A stretch of 64,000 nt of DNA from the NCBI RefSeq assembly GCF_009914755.1, contig NC_060944.1. One strand, 5' to 3'. Position numbers and translations under genes: made by a program. Below are positions 1-24,639 of this stretch, piece by piece (the stretch's first letter is position 1; each line of letters starts with the position of its first letter). The notes under the pieces are model-generated. The model was not told where the DNA came from. It made no database searches and worked only from the letters and a program-made list of their open reading frames with translations. This DNA comes from the human T2T-CHM13v2.0 reference genome, Homo sapiens.

Positions 1-594
1 CCAGGGCCCATGACTGCAGGACCCTCACCAGGAAACCAGGCTGAGTGGGAAGGGGGTTCACAGTATTGGCGGGGGCTGGGGAGGGGCCAGGATGAGGAGG
101 AAGGGCAGCTTCTGGCTCTCTTCCCAGCTGCTGGGGGTTGGAGCTGTTTTTTGGCACTGTCTACAAGGTATCCCTGGGGTTGGGAGGAGGAGGAACTGGG
201 GATTTAGGATGCTTTCTTTGTGGAGTTAAGATTTCTTTCAGTTTGAAGAGGCGCTATCTGGCCTATGGTGAGGTTCCCAAGGGAGAAACAGTCAGGGTCT
301 TCTGCCTCCTGCCTCCCCAGGACTCCCACCCCCTCCCTGGCTGGCACCATCCACACAGCCTTTTGTAAAACCAAGACAAGTGAGAGAGGTGAGCAGGAGC
401 AGGGAAACAAACAATGTGTGCTTTCTCCAGGCCCTTCAACTTCTCTTCCTCTTCCAAGAGGAGCGACTATAGGGTTGGTTTTTGTTGGTGGTGGTTCCCA
501 ATCTCAGGAGTCCAGATAAGGCTGGTGTTTTCCACCTGTTCTTGGCCTAGCCAGTCCCAGTCCCTCCCCAGGCTCTACTAATGGCTAGCCCAGA

Positions 595-776
595 TCAGCA
601 GTTGGCATATTCTTATGCGTCAGAATCATTTGGAGGGCTCCTTAAAACCCCAGCTTGTAGGGCCCCACTCCACAAGCTCTAATTCAGTGGGTCTTGGGTG
701 GGGCTGCTAATCTGCACTTCTATCAAGTTCCCAGGTGATATTCCTGCTGCTGGAATGCAATACAAGAACCACTGGC
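595..776. mobile_element. MER5-family hAT-Charlie MITE remnant
   Basis: cagaatcatttggaggg...aagttcccaggtgat...aagaaccactgg, typical MER5 text. Confidence 0.7.
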
Positions 777-2484
777 TGAGAATGGTGCCCGCAGTCACCT
801 CATTCTGAGCAGCCTGGTGTCTCCTGGGCAGCACTAAGGAGCTGGGCCACAGCTGGCAAAGCCCAGCCTTGGGGCACCACATCACCTGGGAAGCTGCTGG
901 AAATGGTCTTGGGGTGAGTCCCCCGTGCAGAGAAGTAAACTAAGGCACAGAGATCAGTGGCAGAGCTGAGAGAGGAGCCAGGATACCAGGGCCCAGTAGA
1001 GAAAGGATGGGGCTGCAGGACCCTACAGCATGAGGGGTGCTCTAGGGACCACAGGGCCATCCTGGTGCTCATCACAGGATCACAAGACTGGGAAGGTAGG
1101 AGAAGTGAAGACATCTGCCCAGACCTGGGCCAGGTTTCCAGATTGCCAGCTGAGGTCCCTCTTCTTGGGAATGGTTTGAGTGGCTTCCAAATAAAGAGTG
1201 ACAAGGCAGCCAGCCCTGACTGCCTCAGCCCTTCAAAGATGTTTAGAGAAAACCAAAGGTCCCTTCCTCAGGGCATGGTGTCCAGAAAGCTGGTGAAGGG
1301 CAGGAAGGGAGGGGAGCAGGGCCGTTGGGATAGACAAGCAGCAGAGGAGGCTCCAAGGAGGGTGAGGAAGGAGTGGCAGGGCTGGCATTGGAGAGAAGCC
1401 CTGAGCAGGAGACTTGGGCCCAGCATCATGTCCTCAGTCCCCTCAGGACTTGGGTCTGTATATTTTGCAAACTGCAAATGCTGTTGGGTTGGGAGGGGTA
1501 AGGCATAGAGTTGGGGTGAATTGTAGATTCTGCCAGGACAAGCAGCTCTGAGAGTGGTGAGGTCCAGAGGAGAATGGAGAGGATGGTTGGATACTGAATG
1601 GACAAAGAGATGGATCAATGACCAGAGACAGGGAGAGAAGAACCTGTCAGGCAGCACCTGCTTTACAGTCAAGGCCATCTGGGCCTGGGCAGGGCAGGGG
1701 AGGAAAAAGGAGGGATCCAAGCCCCCCCCACCCACCACCACACACACGCCCATTGCAAAGTGCTGGGGCTGCTGCTGGCAGGCTGCTTACAGAGAAGACA
1801 GTGTGGCTTAAGGGTGGCACCGGGGGGTTGCTGGGGCAGGGTGAGCCCAGTGAGAAGGGCTGGCAGGGCTGGTGCCTCCTGATGCATTGGAGGAAGAGGC
1901 TTTTTTTTGTGTGTGTGAGAAAACACAAAATAAATAAACACAGAACCAGGACACCACCACATTTGAGAGCAAATATCAGAGTTGGGAAACCACAGACGCG
2001 GACAGGAAGGCTTCCCTGGTAGGAAGCAGGGGGACAAGAAGCCAGTTACTGAGGTTACGGGAAAATCCGCACGAGGCAGCAGTGCTGGGAAGAACATCCT
2101 GGGAGGACTGAGGGCTGAATACTATAGTGAGCTCCGGACCCAGAAGAGGAAAACCTGGCATGGACCAGGGCCACTCCATTTGCTGGCAGGAACCAGCCAA
2201 GGAGAAGAGGAGGCAGGAGGACAAGAGGCTTTGGAGGGAGATGATAAAGAAAGAATGGGTGAGTGGTGGGAAGCAGACTGAGCCCAGAGAAAGGAAGGGG
2301 CTAAACCAAGATTACAGAAAGTCAAAGCAGTGTCTCATTCACTACTGGGGATGCAAGACCTGTTAGGAGTCAGGAAACCTGGGTTCTGGTCTTGGCTCTG
2401 CCTCTGGTTTGCGATGTGACCTTGGGTGAGCCACTGCCTTCTCTGGGCCTGATTCCTCATCTCAAAAAATGAGGGGGCTGGACA

Positions 2485-2755
2485 CAAAAGGACAAATACT
2501 ATATGATTCTACTTAAAAGAGATACCTAGAATAGGCCAATCCACAGAGAAAAAAAAAAAGTAGAATAGAGGTTACCAGGGACTGGGGACAGGGGGAGTGG
2601 GGAGTTACTGTTTAGTGGGTACAGAGTTTCAGTTTAGGATGATGAAAAAGTTCTGGAGGTGGCAGTTACACATTGCAAATGTACTTCGAGACACTTAGAA
2701 ATCTTTAAAATGGTAAATTTAATGTTATGCACATTTTGCCATCATTCTTTTAAAA
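2485..2755 (+). mobile_element. L1M (L1MB-like) 3' end fragment, preceded by a MIR fragment
   Basis: aaaaggacaaatactatatgattc...agtagaatagaggttaccaggg...gatgatgaaaaagttctggag. Confidence 0.75.
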
Positions 2756-3518
2756 AGGAAGGGGTTTAGACCAAATTATGTTATGGCCTCCTTGCTATTC
2801 ATGAAGACTAGTGAAGGGGGTGAGGAGAGTATTGTCCCCCACCCCAGGGCCAGGGCACTGAAAGGCTGGGCTGGGGACACTGAGTGTGATCAGATCACTT
2901 TCCATTTGTGTAGAACCTTACACTTTTCCAAGGAGACTCGCAGGCACAGTGTTGCAGTTGGTCCTCACCACAGTTACATGGGGTGGGACATTATCCTCAC
3001 TTTACAGATGGGGAAACTGAGGTATAGACTAGAAACATGATCTCGCCAAGGTCAATCACGTTGGTGGATTATTTATTTTTTTAAATAGTCACCTGGAAAA
3101 CATCCTTGCATCTTAGGTTCACCCGTTGACTCACCAACTGGCTCAGTGGCCCTTGATGAAAGGATACATGCTATAAATTAGTAGAAGAGTTCGTCTCCTG
3201 GGGCCAACATGCTTGCTTCCCATAATTGGATGATAAAAATTATAAATCCTGATGTGTTTCTCTTTTTACCAATGGCTGTCAGGAAACTCAAGAGTAAAAC
3301 TTAATTGCATGATTATGGGAATTACACCAGTTAGATTTACAGAATAATTTCTCTTGCTTTTTTACTTCTTATTTTTATTTTACTGAACCCCTATGATTAA
3401 GATTGTAAATAGCCTCTGATGCTTTTTGAAAATCCTGAGTAATTAAATCAGTTTGGTTGAGGACTCGATCCCTTAAGTCCCTGCTCAGTGCTCTTTTTAA
3501 GATACAGCATCATGTTTA

Positions 3519-4049
<531 letters not shown>

Positions 4050-4056
4050 CTAATAA

Positions 4057-4414
<358 letters not shown>

Positions 4415-4825
4415 CCTCAACCCCAGGAGAGTTTGTTAAACATGCAAATTCAAGGTGGGGCCCAGGAATCTACATTCTGAACATGCCCTCAGAGAATTCT
4501 GCTGAATGGGGACCTCAGATCACCCTCTGGAATACACAAGGCTCAGTGATCTAGAATGGACTTGTTTTATGCCTGGGTTGGCCAGCAGCATATTCTGGGT
4601 ATTCTGGACCCACCAAAAGCCCCCAGCAGGGCAGCGGATTTGCACAGCAAACAGGACAGAGTTGGACCCAAGTTCTCATCTAAACTCAGTGACTTCTCAT
4701 GCTCTGGGATGAGACCTGTACCTCAGTTTCCTCACAGCAAAATGGGCGCACTAACCCATGTCCTGCCAAGGCTGCCTCCCAGAGTTGTCCCTGAGAGGTC
4801 TGAAGGAGATGTGGGGTGGGAAACG

Positions 4826-5119
<294 letters not shown>

Positions 5120-8100
5120 GGGGAAACGTTTTCTATATAGTAAAGTGCTTTAGGCGGGATGTGCAGGGGATGATGATAACCATTGTTATTACTATTATTA
5201 TGGAAGAAGTAGTGGGAGCTTGGGGGGTCTGGTGAGGCTAGAAGCAGGGGACATTCTAGATAGGAGGGGAGAGGGAGAAAGAGCCTGGACGCTGGGTGGG
5301 CCAGAGGAGAAGAGGCTGGGTGATGAAACCATAAAAGTGCATGCGGGTGGACATGATGGAACCATGTCAGCAAGGGTGTAAGAGGGTCAAGTCTTTGGGC
5401 CCTTGGCCTTGTCACATCGGAAGCCAACCGGTAGAAGAGTGCACCTGGGGACACCTAGAGGTGGGACCCATCTTGAGTTCATAGAAAGCAAGACCTCTTA
5501 GAGGTCAGCCTTTGGTGGGAAATAAACTGGGGGAAAGGGCTGGCACAGGGTCAGAGGATTGGATTCTGATGTCTCGTGTGTGCAGGCCTAAGAGCCACTG
5601 ATGCACCAAAATGACTTGATTTGCATTCCAATGAAGTCATCATTCCAAAAGGGGCTGATTTGGCTCTGGAAAGAGGTGAGACATAAGAAACATGAGGTTT
5701 CCCAGTTTAGGGCCATCATGCCAACTGGTCCCCCATTTCCGCCAACCAACTGATGCCAACCCCATGGACCCAAGCCAAGTGGTCTATGGGGGATTGAGCC
5801 CCGAGGGTTCCTTGGGACTTTGGTTGAAGAGAGAGTGGAGATGGGGAAAACAGAAAGAAGGATAAAGGAGGAGAAGAAGGGAATAGCAGTAAAAGGCAGA
5901 GAGGCAGGAGGAAGGGGGAGAACGGGTTCGAGAAGGGCAGCATTCCTTCTTGGGACCCCAATTCTCCAGGGAATCCCCACTGTGGGTCAGGCAGTTTTCT
6001 GCTTTGGGAATGTTACCAAGACTTAAAAGGCATTTGAAGAAACCAACAAACTTAGAAATCACATTCCAAAAGAGTAGAGAATTTTTACAAACCAATCCCC
6101 CCACCCCAAAAAAGAAAACAACCAGTTACCAAGTAAAATGCTAAAAACCGAACCAAACCAATATTTACATGTAACATTTTCAACCCCATCCAGCCCCACG
6201 TCCAGAGGCTTCTGCAGGAACAGTGATGAGTGGCCTTGCACAGTGGCATGCAGGAAGTAGAAACTGGGGCTTTACTGAAAACCAAGGTCTGGCTGAGACA
6301 ACAAAGATGGCAAGGACAATCCTGGACGGTACGATGGTAAGGCTGAGTGGTCCGTAGGTCTTGGGGCTCAGGTCCCACGGGGATTTCTCCCCGAGGCTGA
6401 GTACGCAGCCTCCCTGGCTGTCGCTCTGGGAGGTGGCAGAAGGCCTCTGGTGGCTTGTGGCCTGATGTGAATCCCCTCACCTGGAGATAACCTTGGAGGG
6501 CCCCCCTGACCTCATGGGTGAGAGCAGCAGCATCCAAGAGCGGAACTGGCCCACAGCTCCACTGGCTGCCTGCTCTGCCCACACCAGTCACTGGGGCATG
6601 GAGGAGGCGGCTGGCGGGACTGGCATGACCCTGGTGTTCAGCCTGCAGGGAAGGGAGATGCAGGACTTGGGGTAACTGGTCCAGGTGATCCCGAATGGGT
6701 GGGTCTGGGAACTGACAGGTGGGAGGTGGGAGTGCAGGGGCGCCTCCAGAGTCCTGGGGGCAGATCAGCAAAGCTACTGGCTTTTGGTCTTCCTGATGGG
6801 CAATTCTGCAGACAAGCTGATCCATCCTGGTGTTTCCACTCTGGGTCCCCAGTCAGTTACAGGAAGGCTGATGTCTATGTGTGTGTGGGGAGCATGTGTG
6901 CAACCAAAAGGGGTTCACCGGCACCAAGGCGAGGCCATGGGAGGCGCTGCCCCACATGCTGCAATGAGCCACATCGAAATCCAACCAATGGCTCAGGCAG
7001 CTCACAGGGGACGTGAGGAAGGGCGGGCAGCAGAGCTGGGGCAGGGAGAAGAGCCGTGAAAGGCCATAAGGCTAAGGAGAGAGGCTGGTGAAAAGGCTGG
7101 CAGGCTGGTGAGAACCGAGGCAGGCTGGGAGACACTCAGGTTTATGTGCAAAGCTGCGATAAACAACATTCTCAAAGTTCAGTCCTGTTTTCCTGTGAGT
7201 TCTCATTTGGGAAACTTGGAGGGATCTCCACACTCTTAATAGAGCTTTAGTAATCCACGTTCGACTCATGAAGAAAGGTGTCAGAGGGAGGGAGGGAAAT
7301 GAGACAGGCAATGGAGAACGTCTGGGGAGTGGTGATGGCCGTCCAGCCCTCCACCTTGTCAGTGAGTATTTATAGACTGACCGCTGGGGCTGGCCAAGTA
7401 CCAGGCATTGAGTAATAAGTAGTGTTCTGAGGCCACATGGCCAGCCGTGTTGGGGTGCAGGGCTCCAGCTCTGTTGAGGGGCCCTCCAAAGCTGACCAGG
7501 AGGCCAGGTCTCCAAACCTGGCTGCCAAGCGGCCTCGTCCACCCAGGGGACCCCATGCCTGCCCGTGCTGTTAGAGGCCTCATGTTGTCCCAGTGGCAAG
7601 AATGCATGTTTCAACCTCCAATAAATTACCTTAGGGACTTTGGGGTAAATTAAATTATTAAAATAAAGTAAACCACCTTAAATATTTATAGTAGGAAAAA
7701 TTCAAATAAACAATCTAGGCAAGATACGTGTTTCCAGGCCCCAGTCTACTGCTGTGTCCTGGGCTCTGGCCTCTTGGTGTTCTCCTGGGCCTGACCTGGC
7801 CAACCAAGAATCTCTTACTGGGAATATCTTTGCCCCCCGACCAGCTGCAGGATGTAAACACAGTGGAGATGTAGTGCCTGCTGCCTCTCAGGGTGCCAGG
7901 GAAAGAGGCCTCTGAGATCACTTGAGATCAAGGCAGTGTATTTAGGCATTTATCTATGCACCAGGTCTTGAGACTGACTCTACCTATTTCTGTCCTCAAG
8001 GGGTCTGCTGGGAACGTTGGGGCCCCAAGTCACTTTGGCAAGGAAGGCAATTGCAATCACTCCCCAACCCTGAGCCCTGCATGTTTCCACTTCGCCTCCC

Positions 8101-8768
8101 AGCTCTTGCTGCATCCAGGCTATGGGCAGGGAGATCCAGGGCTCCAGGACACTAAGCAATGGCCCTGGCTACTGCCCTATCATACTCCCTAGTGTCCCAG
8201 CAATCTAGAGCAGTGGGGCTGGGAGGAGGAGGTGGTGGAGAGAAGGAGGTGATGGTGATGATGCCCAACAGGGCTCCACCAGGAACCAAACATGGAGCCC
8301 TAGAGCAAAGCCTGTTCTTCTCAGCAGTGTCTCCTCCCAAATGAAGGGGTGGATGGTCAGCAGGAAACATCTCTCCGACTCCTTTTCCCCAAAGGCATGG
8401 CCAGACATGTATCCTTCTTGGGCTCTTCCAAGAGGGTGGCATGGGCAGAACCAGGCAAGGCTCTCTCTTAGGACCCAGGGATCGGCTCTTGACAGATCTC
8501 TCAGTGGATGCTTGGGAAGCCCAGGTTTGGTCTCTCTCCCACTCACTGCCTTCCCCTGGGAAGTCGAAGCTCACCACCCAGGGGCCAGCAGGAGACCCGG
8601 CTTTACCTTGATGTGAAAGCTGCATTCTGGCAGTGGCATCACTGCTGTTCCTCCAGGGCCAGGCAATGCTGAGGACACAGCCCCTCGCCTCACCTCGTCT
8701 CGTCTCTGCTGGTTCCCTTCTGCTATCCAGGGGCTGGGCTGGTTGAGGCGGGGAGCTTGGCTGCTCTG

Positions 8769-8921
8769 TCACTCGCTGGGGGGGAGTGCCCTCTCCTCCC
8801 CACCCCAGCTGGACTCTGAAGGGTGCAGCCTGCACTTGGAAGGAGAGTGGCGGATGGCAGAGCGGGACGATCGGGCGAAGCAGGAGGTGAGAGACTGGGT
8901 ACTACAGTCACAAACAGCGTC
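8769..8921 (-). CDS. SOGA1: SOGA1 terminal exon 15 coding part, DAVCDCSTQSLTSCF...EERALPPSE*
   Basis: cctcttcctag acceptor; 50 codons + TGA at 8771-8769; phase 0 matches the exon 14 donor. Confidence 0.92.
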   Translation of the reverse strand, partial: DAVCDCSTQSLTSCFARSSRSAIRHSPSKCRLHPSESSWGGEERALPPSE

Positions 8922-9269
8922 CTAGGAAGAGGGAGGCAGGGAGGCAGGAAGTCAAGAGGAGCCAGGAGACATGGACCACCATGAGCTGTGTGGTATGCCA
9001 GGCAAGGAACTGAGACTCGGCCATAAACCAGTTCCCAGGGGCTGAAGCTCCTCACTGGACCAATTTTTTCTTTCTGTTGTTCTTCTCCCATTAGAGCGGT
9101 AATGGAAGTTCATTGTAATATATTCTAGGCTATACAGAGAGGACAGTGGACACTGTCCATGGTCCTGCACGCCAAAGAGATTCTTAACATACATTTACCA
9201 AAATGACAGCTTATTTTGCAACTGTAAAACACGAACACTTTTCTGTCACTAGGTATGTCTAGATCTCCT

Positions 9270-13615
<4,346 letters not shown>

Positions 13616-13799
13616 ACATTTATATTCTATTATCCTTTAATCTCATTTCTGCAACTTATACCTAAGGAAATAGTCTGAAATGTAAAAAAATGATTTTGCA
13701 CCAAGATGTTCACCACAGCATTATTTGCAGTAGGGACAAACTAGAAACCACCTAAACGTACAATAATAGAAAAGTAGAATGTTTGAGTCTATCACAGCC

Positions 13800-14230
13800 C
13801 ATTCCACACACAGCCCTTCTCATGTCTCTGTGCCCCACAGCAGACCACATGGTACCACTCCCAGCCATAGACTGGACCAAGGGGTACACTCGCCTCTAGC
13901 TGCACCAATCAGAGTTTCCTTCTTTCAGAAATGTGGAATTGGGAGACAGGGATTTGTGTCAGTCTCTCCTAGGGGCTTGAACTGGAAGATGTTGTAAAGT
14001 CAGAGCTGGGACAGCCCACCCAGTCCTTGTGCAAATGCAACAGAGAGAGAAACAGAGAAAAAGGAGGAATATGATATCAGAGAGGGTGAAGCTTAAAGAG
14101 AGGAGAGGAAGACAGGGAGAAGCTGCTGAGGTTGTCAGGTTCCTACTCTTGGGTTTTATAAAACATGCCATCCTTCAAATACATTTCCTTCCCTTTCTGC
14201 AAAGTTAACTTATGCACATTCTAACACATT
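13800..14230 (+). mobile_element. Old ERVL LTR remnant (LTR33/LTR41-like)
   Basis: ggaccaagggg...accaatcagagtttcc...aaatacatttcc pattern; family assigned by eye. Confidence 0.45.
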
Positions 14231-14359
14231 CAAATAATGCTCACTAACATTCAAATAAGGTTTACTAATTAACTTATAAGAAACTGATAGCAGGAGTGGG
14301 GTGTGAAAGATTCTCAGAGGAAATGTGAGCACTTAGGTGTGAAGTCTTGATGGGGTGGA

Positions 14360-14882
<523 letters not shown>

Positions 14883-15104
14883 GGTGGCAGGAGAGCAGTA
14901 AGGCCCCTTCCCTGGAGGGGATGCTGGCAGTCTCTGGTGGGTGGAGCAAAAGCTGCTAGTTAAGCCATGCTCACTAGTCTCTTGGAATTCAGACCATGTG
15001 ACCATCAGGTCTGTGTTGTTCCAGGTCTGGGACCTTCCAACTCTATCCTAGACCAGCATAAGAACTTCCTGGAACACATGGCCATATCCCTGAATTTTTA
15101 TTTT

Positions 15105-15488
<384 letters not shown>

Positions 15489-15531
15489 TAACTCCACCTA
15501 CTAAGAGAAAGGACAGATCCCACCCACCTAC

Positions 15532-16882
15532 CTCATTGGGAAGGACCACGGCTCCATCTCCGTCCCGGAGGACACCATCCTTCCCCACCTGGGGGAGCAT
15601 GGTGAGTCTGACCTCCTCACTGCTGCCCAACTTGGCTGCCTTCTTGTTCAGGATCCTGGCCACACCCTCTGGCTGATGGTAGCTGGCTGGGGAGAGGGGC
15701 TCTGGCTTCTTGGTGCCCTCCTCTCCTGCTGATGAGGTGGGGCTCGGTGCCCGGCCACACACATTACGGAAGAATTCCTGCACAATGCCGTACTTGGGAG
15801 GCTCGGGCTTGGCCCGCGTCTCAGACATGCCTAGTTTCCAGACAGACTCCGTGCTCCCTGAGTGCTCCACCACACTGAAGAGGCTGGAGAGTCCATCGTT
15901 GATGTTTCTCAATACAGGGCTGTCCCGCGTGGTGGTGGAGCGGGCCCAGGCCGAGCCGTTCTGCTTGCCCTGGTGCAGGTTCCACAGGCTGCGGTCCTTG
16001 CTGCTGTCCAGCTTGGACACAGACCGCCTCTGGAGCTTTGGTGAGCCATACTTGGGGGAGCAGCAGGGCCGCTCGATGCGCGAATGGACCTTGTCCAGGG
16101 AGGAGGAGATCTGCTTGCTGCGCACAGACACGAGCGAAGAGCTGCGGGGTGACCAGGCCTTGCCATGGAGGCTGCTGCGGGGTGGGTCGGTCTGCAGGCC
16201 CACGCTGACCGTGCGGATGGTCTGTGTGCCCACACTGGCCAGGCCCACCGTCTGGCTGGATGTGCTCTTCACTTTCCTCTCCAGTGAGCCGGAGCGCATG
16301 GCCTGGCGCACACAGTTGGTGATCTCCTTCATGTCATCACTCATGTTGCCTGACATCTCAAAGTCATGCAGGGCCGCTGGGAAGCCAGGCCCGGCCGCCG
16401 AGGGGCTGCCCGCTGAGCCTCCGTCCAGGCGCTGCCGTGAGAAGTTGCAGAGCCACCGACCATAGGAGCTCTCAGCCAGCCCATCAGCCTCGGCCGACTC
16501 TTTGGGCTTGGCTGTGGTGAAGAGGAAGCCGGGCTCGATAATGATCTTGCCCTCTTTGTCATGAACCACAGGGACTCCGAGGCGCCGGGCCACCGGGGGA
16601 CTATAGTAGACTCGGATGCCCGTCTTGTCAGGAGCCGTGTAGCTGCGCTGCATCTGCCTCCCTGGGGGGTCCTGGCAGGCCAGGGCACCCAGGTGGTTGC
16701 AGTCCCTCGACGAGAGCCCAGGCTTCTCCTTGGTGTCTTTCTCTGGATCCCCTGGCTCGGAGCTCACAAAGCCAAAGGCAGGGTTGTTAGGCAGCTTCTT
16801 GCCCCGGGCATCTCCGCCAGCAAGGTAAGGGGAACAGTCGAGCAAACTTTCAAACTCAGACATGGAAGAAACAGATTTGGTT
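15532..16882 (-). CDS. SOGA1: SOGA1 exon 14, 1351 nt, Ser/Arg-rich disordered C-terminal region (R)TKSVSSMSEFE...VVLPNE, including the basic SPKYGSPKLQRR segment
   Basis: Within ORF 15481..17073; ctaat branch-like motif + ttcctcctctgtccttcgcag acceptor; GAG|GTAGGT donor. Confidence 0.95.
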
Positions 16883-17010
16883 CTGCGAAGGACAGAGGAG
16901 GAAACGTCGTTATTAGTGGAAATAACACTGAGGGCACACTCTGGTCTACCACCCTGGTCCGTGTGCTGCGTGAGGGCAAAGACCAGGACCGTCTTGTTCA
17001 CCTCTTGTAG

Positions 17011-18426
<1,416 letters not shown>

Positions 18427-19164
18427 GCCATGAAGCTCCTGGCACACCTATTGCCTGAATCACTGAACACACCAGGCATATGGAAATGCACGTGTCAGAC
18501 CACTCTGATTAACTTCAAGAGGCAGCTCCTATCATCCCCACTAGACAGAGATGGGAAGTACTGCTCAAGGTCAAGGTCATAGAGCTAGAACTGGCAGGGC
18601 TGGCATTCAAACCTGGCCCTCTGGCTCCACAGCCTGTCCCGCCTGCCTTGCTTCTGGGCTGGTCTGATAGCGGCTGGGGGTTCTGTTTCCCTGACTCCTT
18701 TCATGGGTTTCCTAACAGTGGAGACGTGGTCCTTATGGTCTTGGGGTGGGGGTCTCCTTGGCCATAGCACAGGGCTGGGCCCAAAGGATGCTGCTCAATA
18801 ATCCCAGGAATAGAGGTCAATCTTGACTCTCCTAACTCCAGAGGCAGGAGAAAAGAATCCCAAGAGGAGCAAAATGTTTTGTTTCCACCTGTGTTCCATT
18901 CCCGGACTCAAACAACATGCAGCAGCCTGGAATTCCCACTGCCCCAAGCCTTCCAGCTCCTGAGTGGCTCGGGTTCCAGAGAAACCATATCCCGATGCTC
19001 TCCCAACTTGGATGCGGTGGGGTGGCGGCAGGAAGAGGGCAAAGGGGCGGGGCAGGGCTGCGGTGAAAGCAGGTAGAGTGGGTGCAGGGCGCAGCAGGAG
19101 GTGGAGAGGGGCGAGGCTGTGGGGCCGGTCAGAGAGGCAGAGCAGGGGACCAGCATGCAAGCAC

Positions 19165-19235
19165 CTCTTTAAACCATTTCCTCCAAGCTCAACTTCGGAA
19201 ACAGCCTCCTTGTCGTGGATCTTCTCACTGCGTGT
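19165..19235 (-). CDS. SOGA1: SOGA1 exon 13, 71 nt, TRSEKIHDKEAVSEVELGGNGLK(R)
   Basis: Strong pyrimidine tract + gacag acceptor, AG|GTGCTT donor; its phase-2 end matches the phase-2 start of exon 14. Confidence 0.9.
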
Positions 19236-19784
19236 CTGTCAAGGAAGAGAGACAGGAAGGGTCAGTTCTGGCCACCAGAGCACTAAGGGCATGGAACAAG
19301 AGACCAGCCCCGACCTCAGTGCTTGAATCTCCTCATCCGGAGAGCAGGAATGATGTCATCAATGATCTAGCATGGTCAGTTTCTGGCTGCCCTGCATCCA
19401 ACTCCCCCACCATATGTGATCCAGGCTGGGCCAATCAGAGCTCCAAGAGTGACCCACCCAAGGAAAGGGACCACTTAAAATTTAATCCAAATGTGGTGAC
19501 TGCAACAAAGCATCCAGTGGTCCACTGCTCAGCTGGTGGTGGGCTTGTCTTCTTCCTCCTCAACCCTACCCCCTCACTTAGCCCAGTCCCTGGGTGGTTG
19601 GGTTTTTTTTTTATTTTTTTGAGGCAGGAACCATGAGATACAGACTCCAGGGCTGAGGAGCCCAAGGTGCAAGGGTGTGACCTATGAGACAGGGTTAGCA
19701 ACTTCCTCTCATGTCCCCCACAAGCAGGGACCTTTATGGTGCAGCCAGGAGCCAAGATAGCATGGCAGCAGCCGCCCCACTCAC

Positions 19785-19856
19785 CTCCTTCCAGCTGTTG
19801 TCCTGCTTCTCCAGCTCCGAGTGCTTCAGGACCCAGGGGTCGGCAGCCTTCTGCAG
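19785..19856 (-). CDS. SOGA1: SOGA1 exon 12, 72 nt, LQKAADPWVLKHSELEKQDNSWKE
   Basis: cccttgcccag acceptor, GAG|GTGAGT donor, phase 0-0. Confidence 0.92.
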
Positions 19857-20323
19857 CTGGGCAAGGGCAGAGAGGGTGGGTCGGTAATGGGCAAAGCTGG
19901 TATGCAGGACCCTGCTCTAAGCAAGGCCATTCCCCAGACTCCACTCTGCAGCCCACAGAACCTACATCATGGACAAGGGGCCACCTTCTCAGTGGGTAGC
20001 AGCTCAGAGCGCCCCACTCTGCCTGGTGGATTTGGAAAATGATAATAAAAGGAACTACTTGCAGGCATCCTTCTAGATGTCATTATACCTAATATAGTAA
20101 CAGCCATGACTATGTGAATTCATGTTACAATTCACAGAACAGCTAGACTAGCTAAGCAGCAGCTACATCCCATCAGAGTGGCAAATGTAAGATCCAGGCA
20201 CCCCCACTGCTCCATCCACAGTGGCCGTCATTTATGGATCTCGGCACTTTTTCCTGCTGGGCCTTGAGGGGCCTCTGCTTCTCTCCCCTCTTTGGAGCTC
20301 CATCACTTCCAGGTGGCTTGTGA

Positions 20324-24590
<4,267 letters not shown>

Positions 24591-24639
24591 GTGAAAGAAA
24601 GGGAAAAGTCAAAATCAAGAGTGGAGCAGAGCAGCCTAT

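Noticed and set aside
6085-8835. Long minus-strand ORFs in the UTR (246, 180 and 227 aa)
   Set aside because: No recognisable homology or splice support; expected in GC-rich sequence
15710-16465. 251-aa plus-strand ORF
   Set aside because: Antisense shadow of GC-rich exon 14; confined to the exon, with no independent promoter or splice evidence
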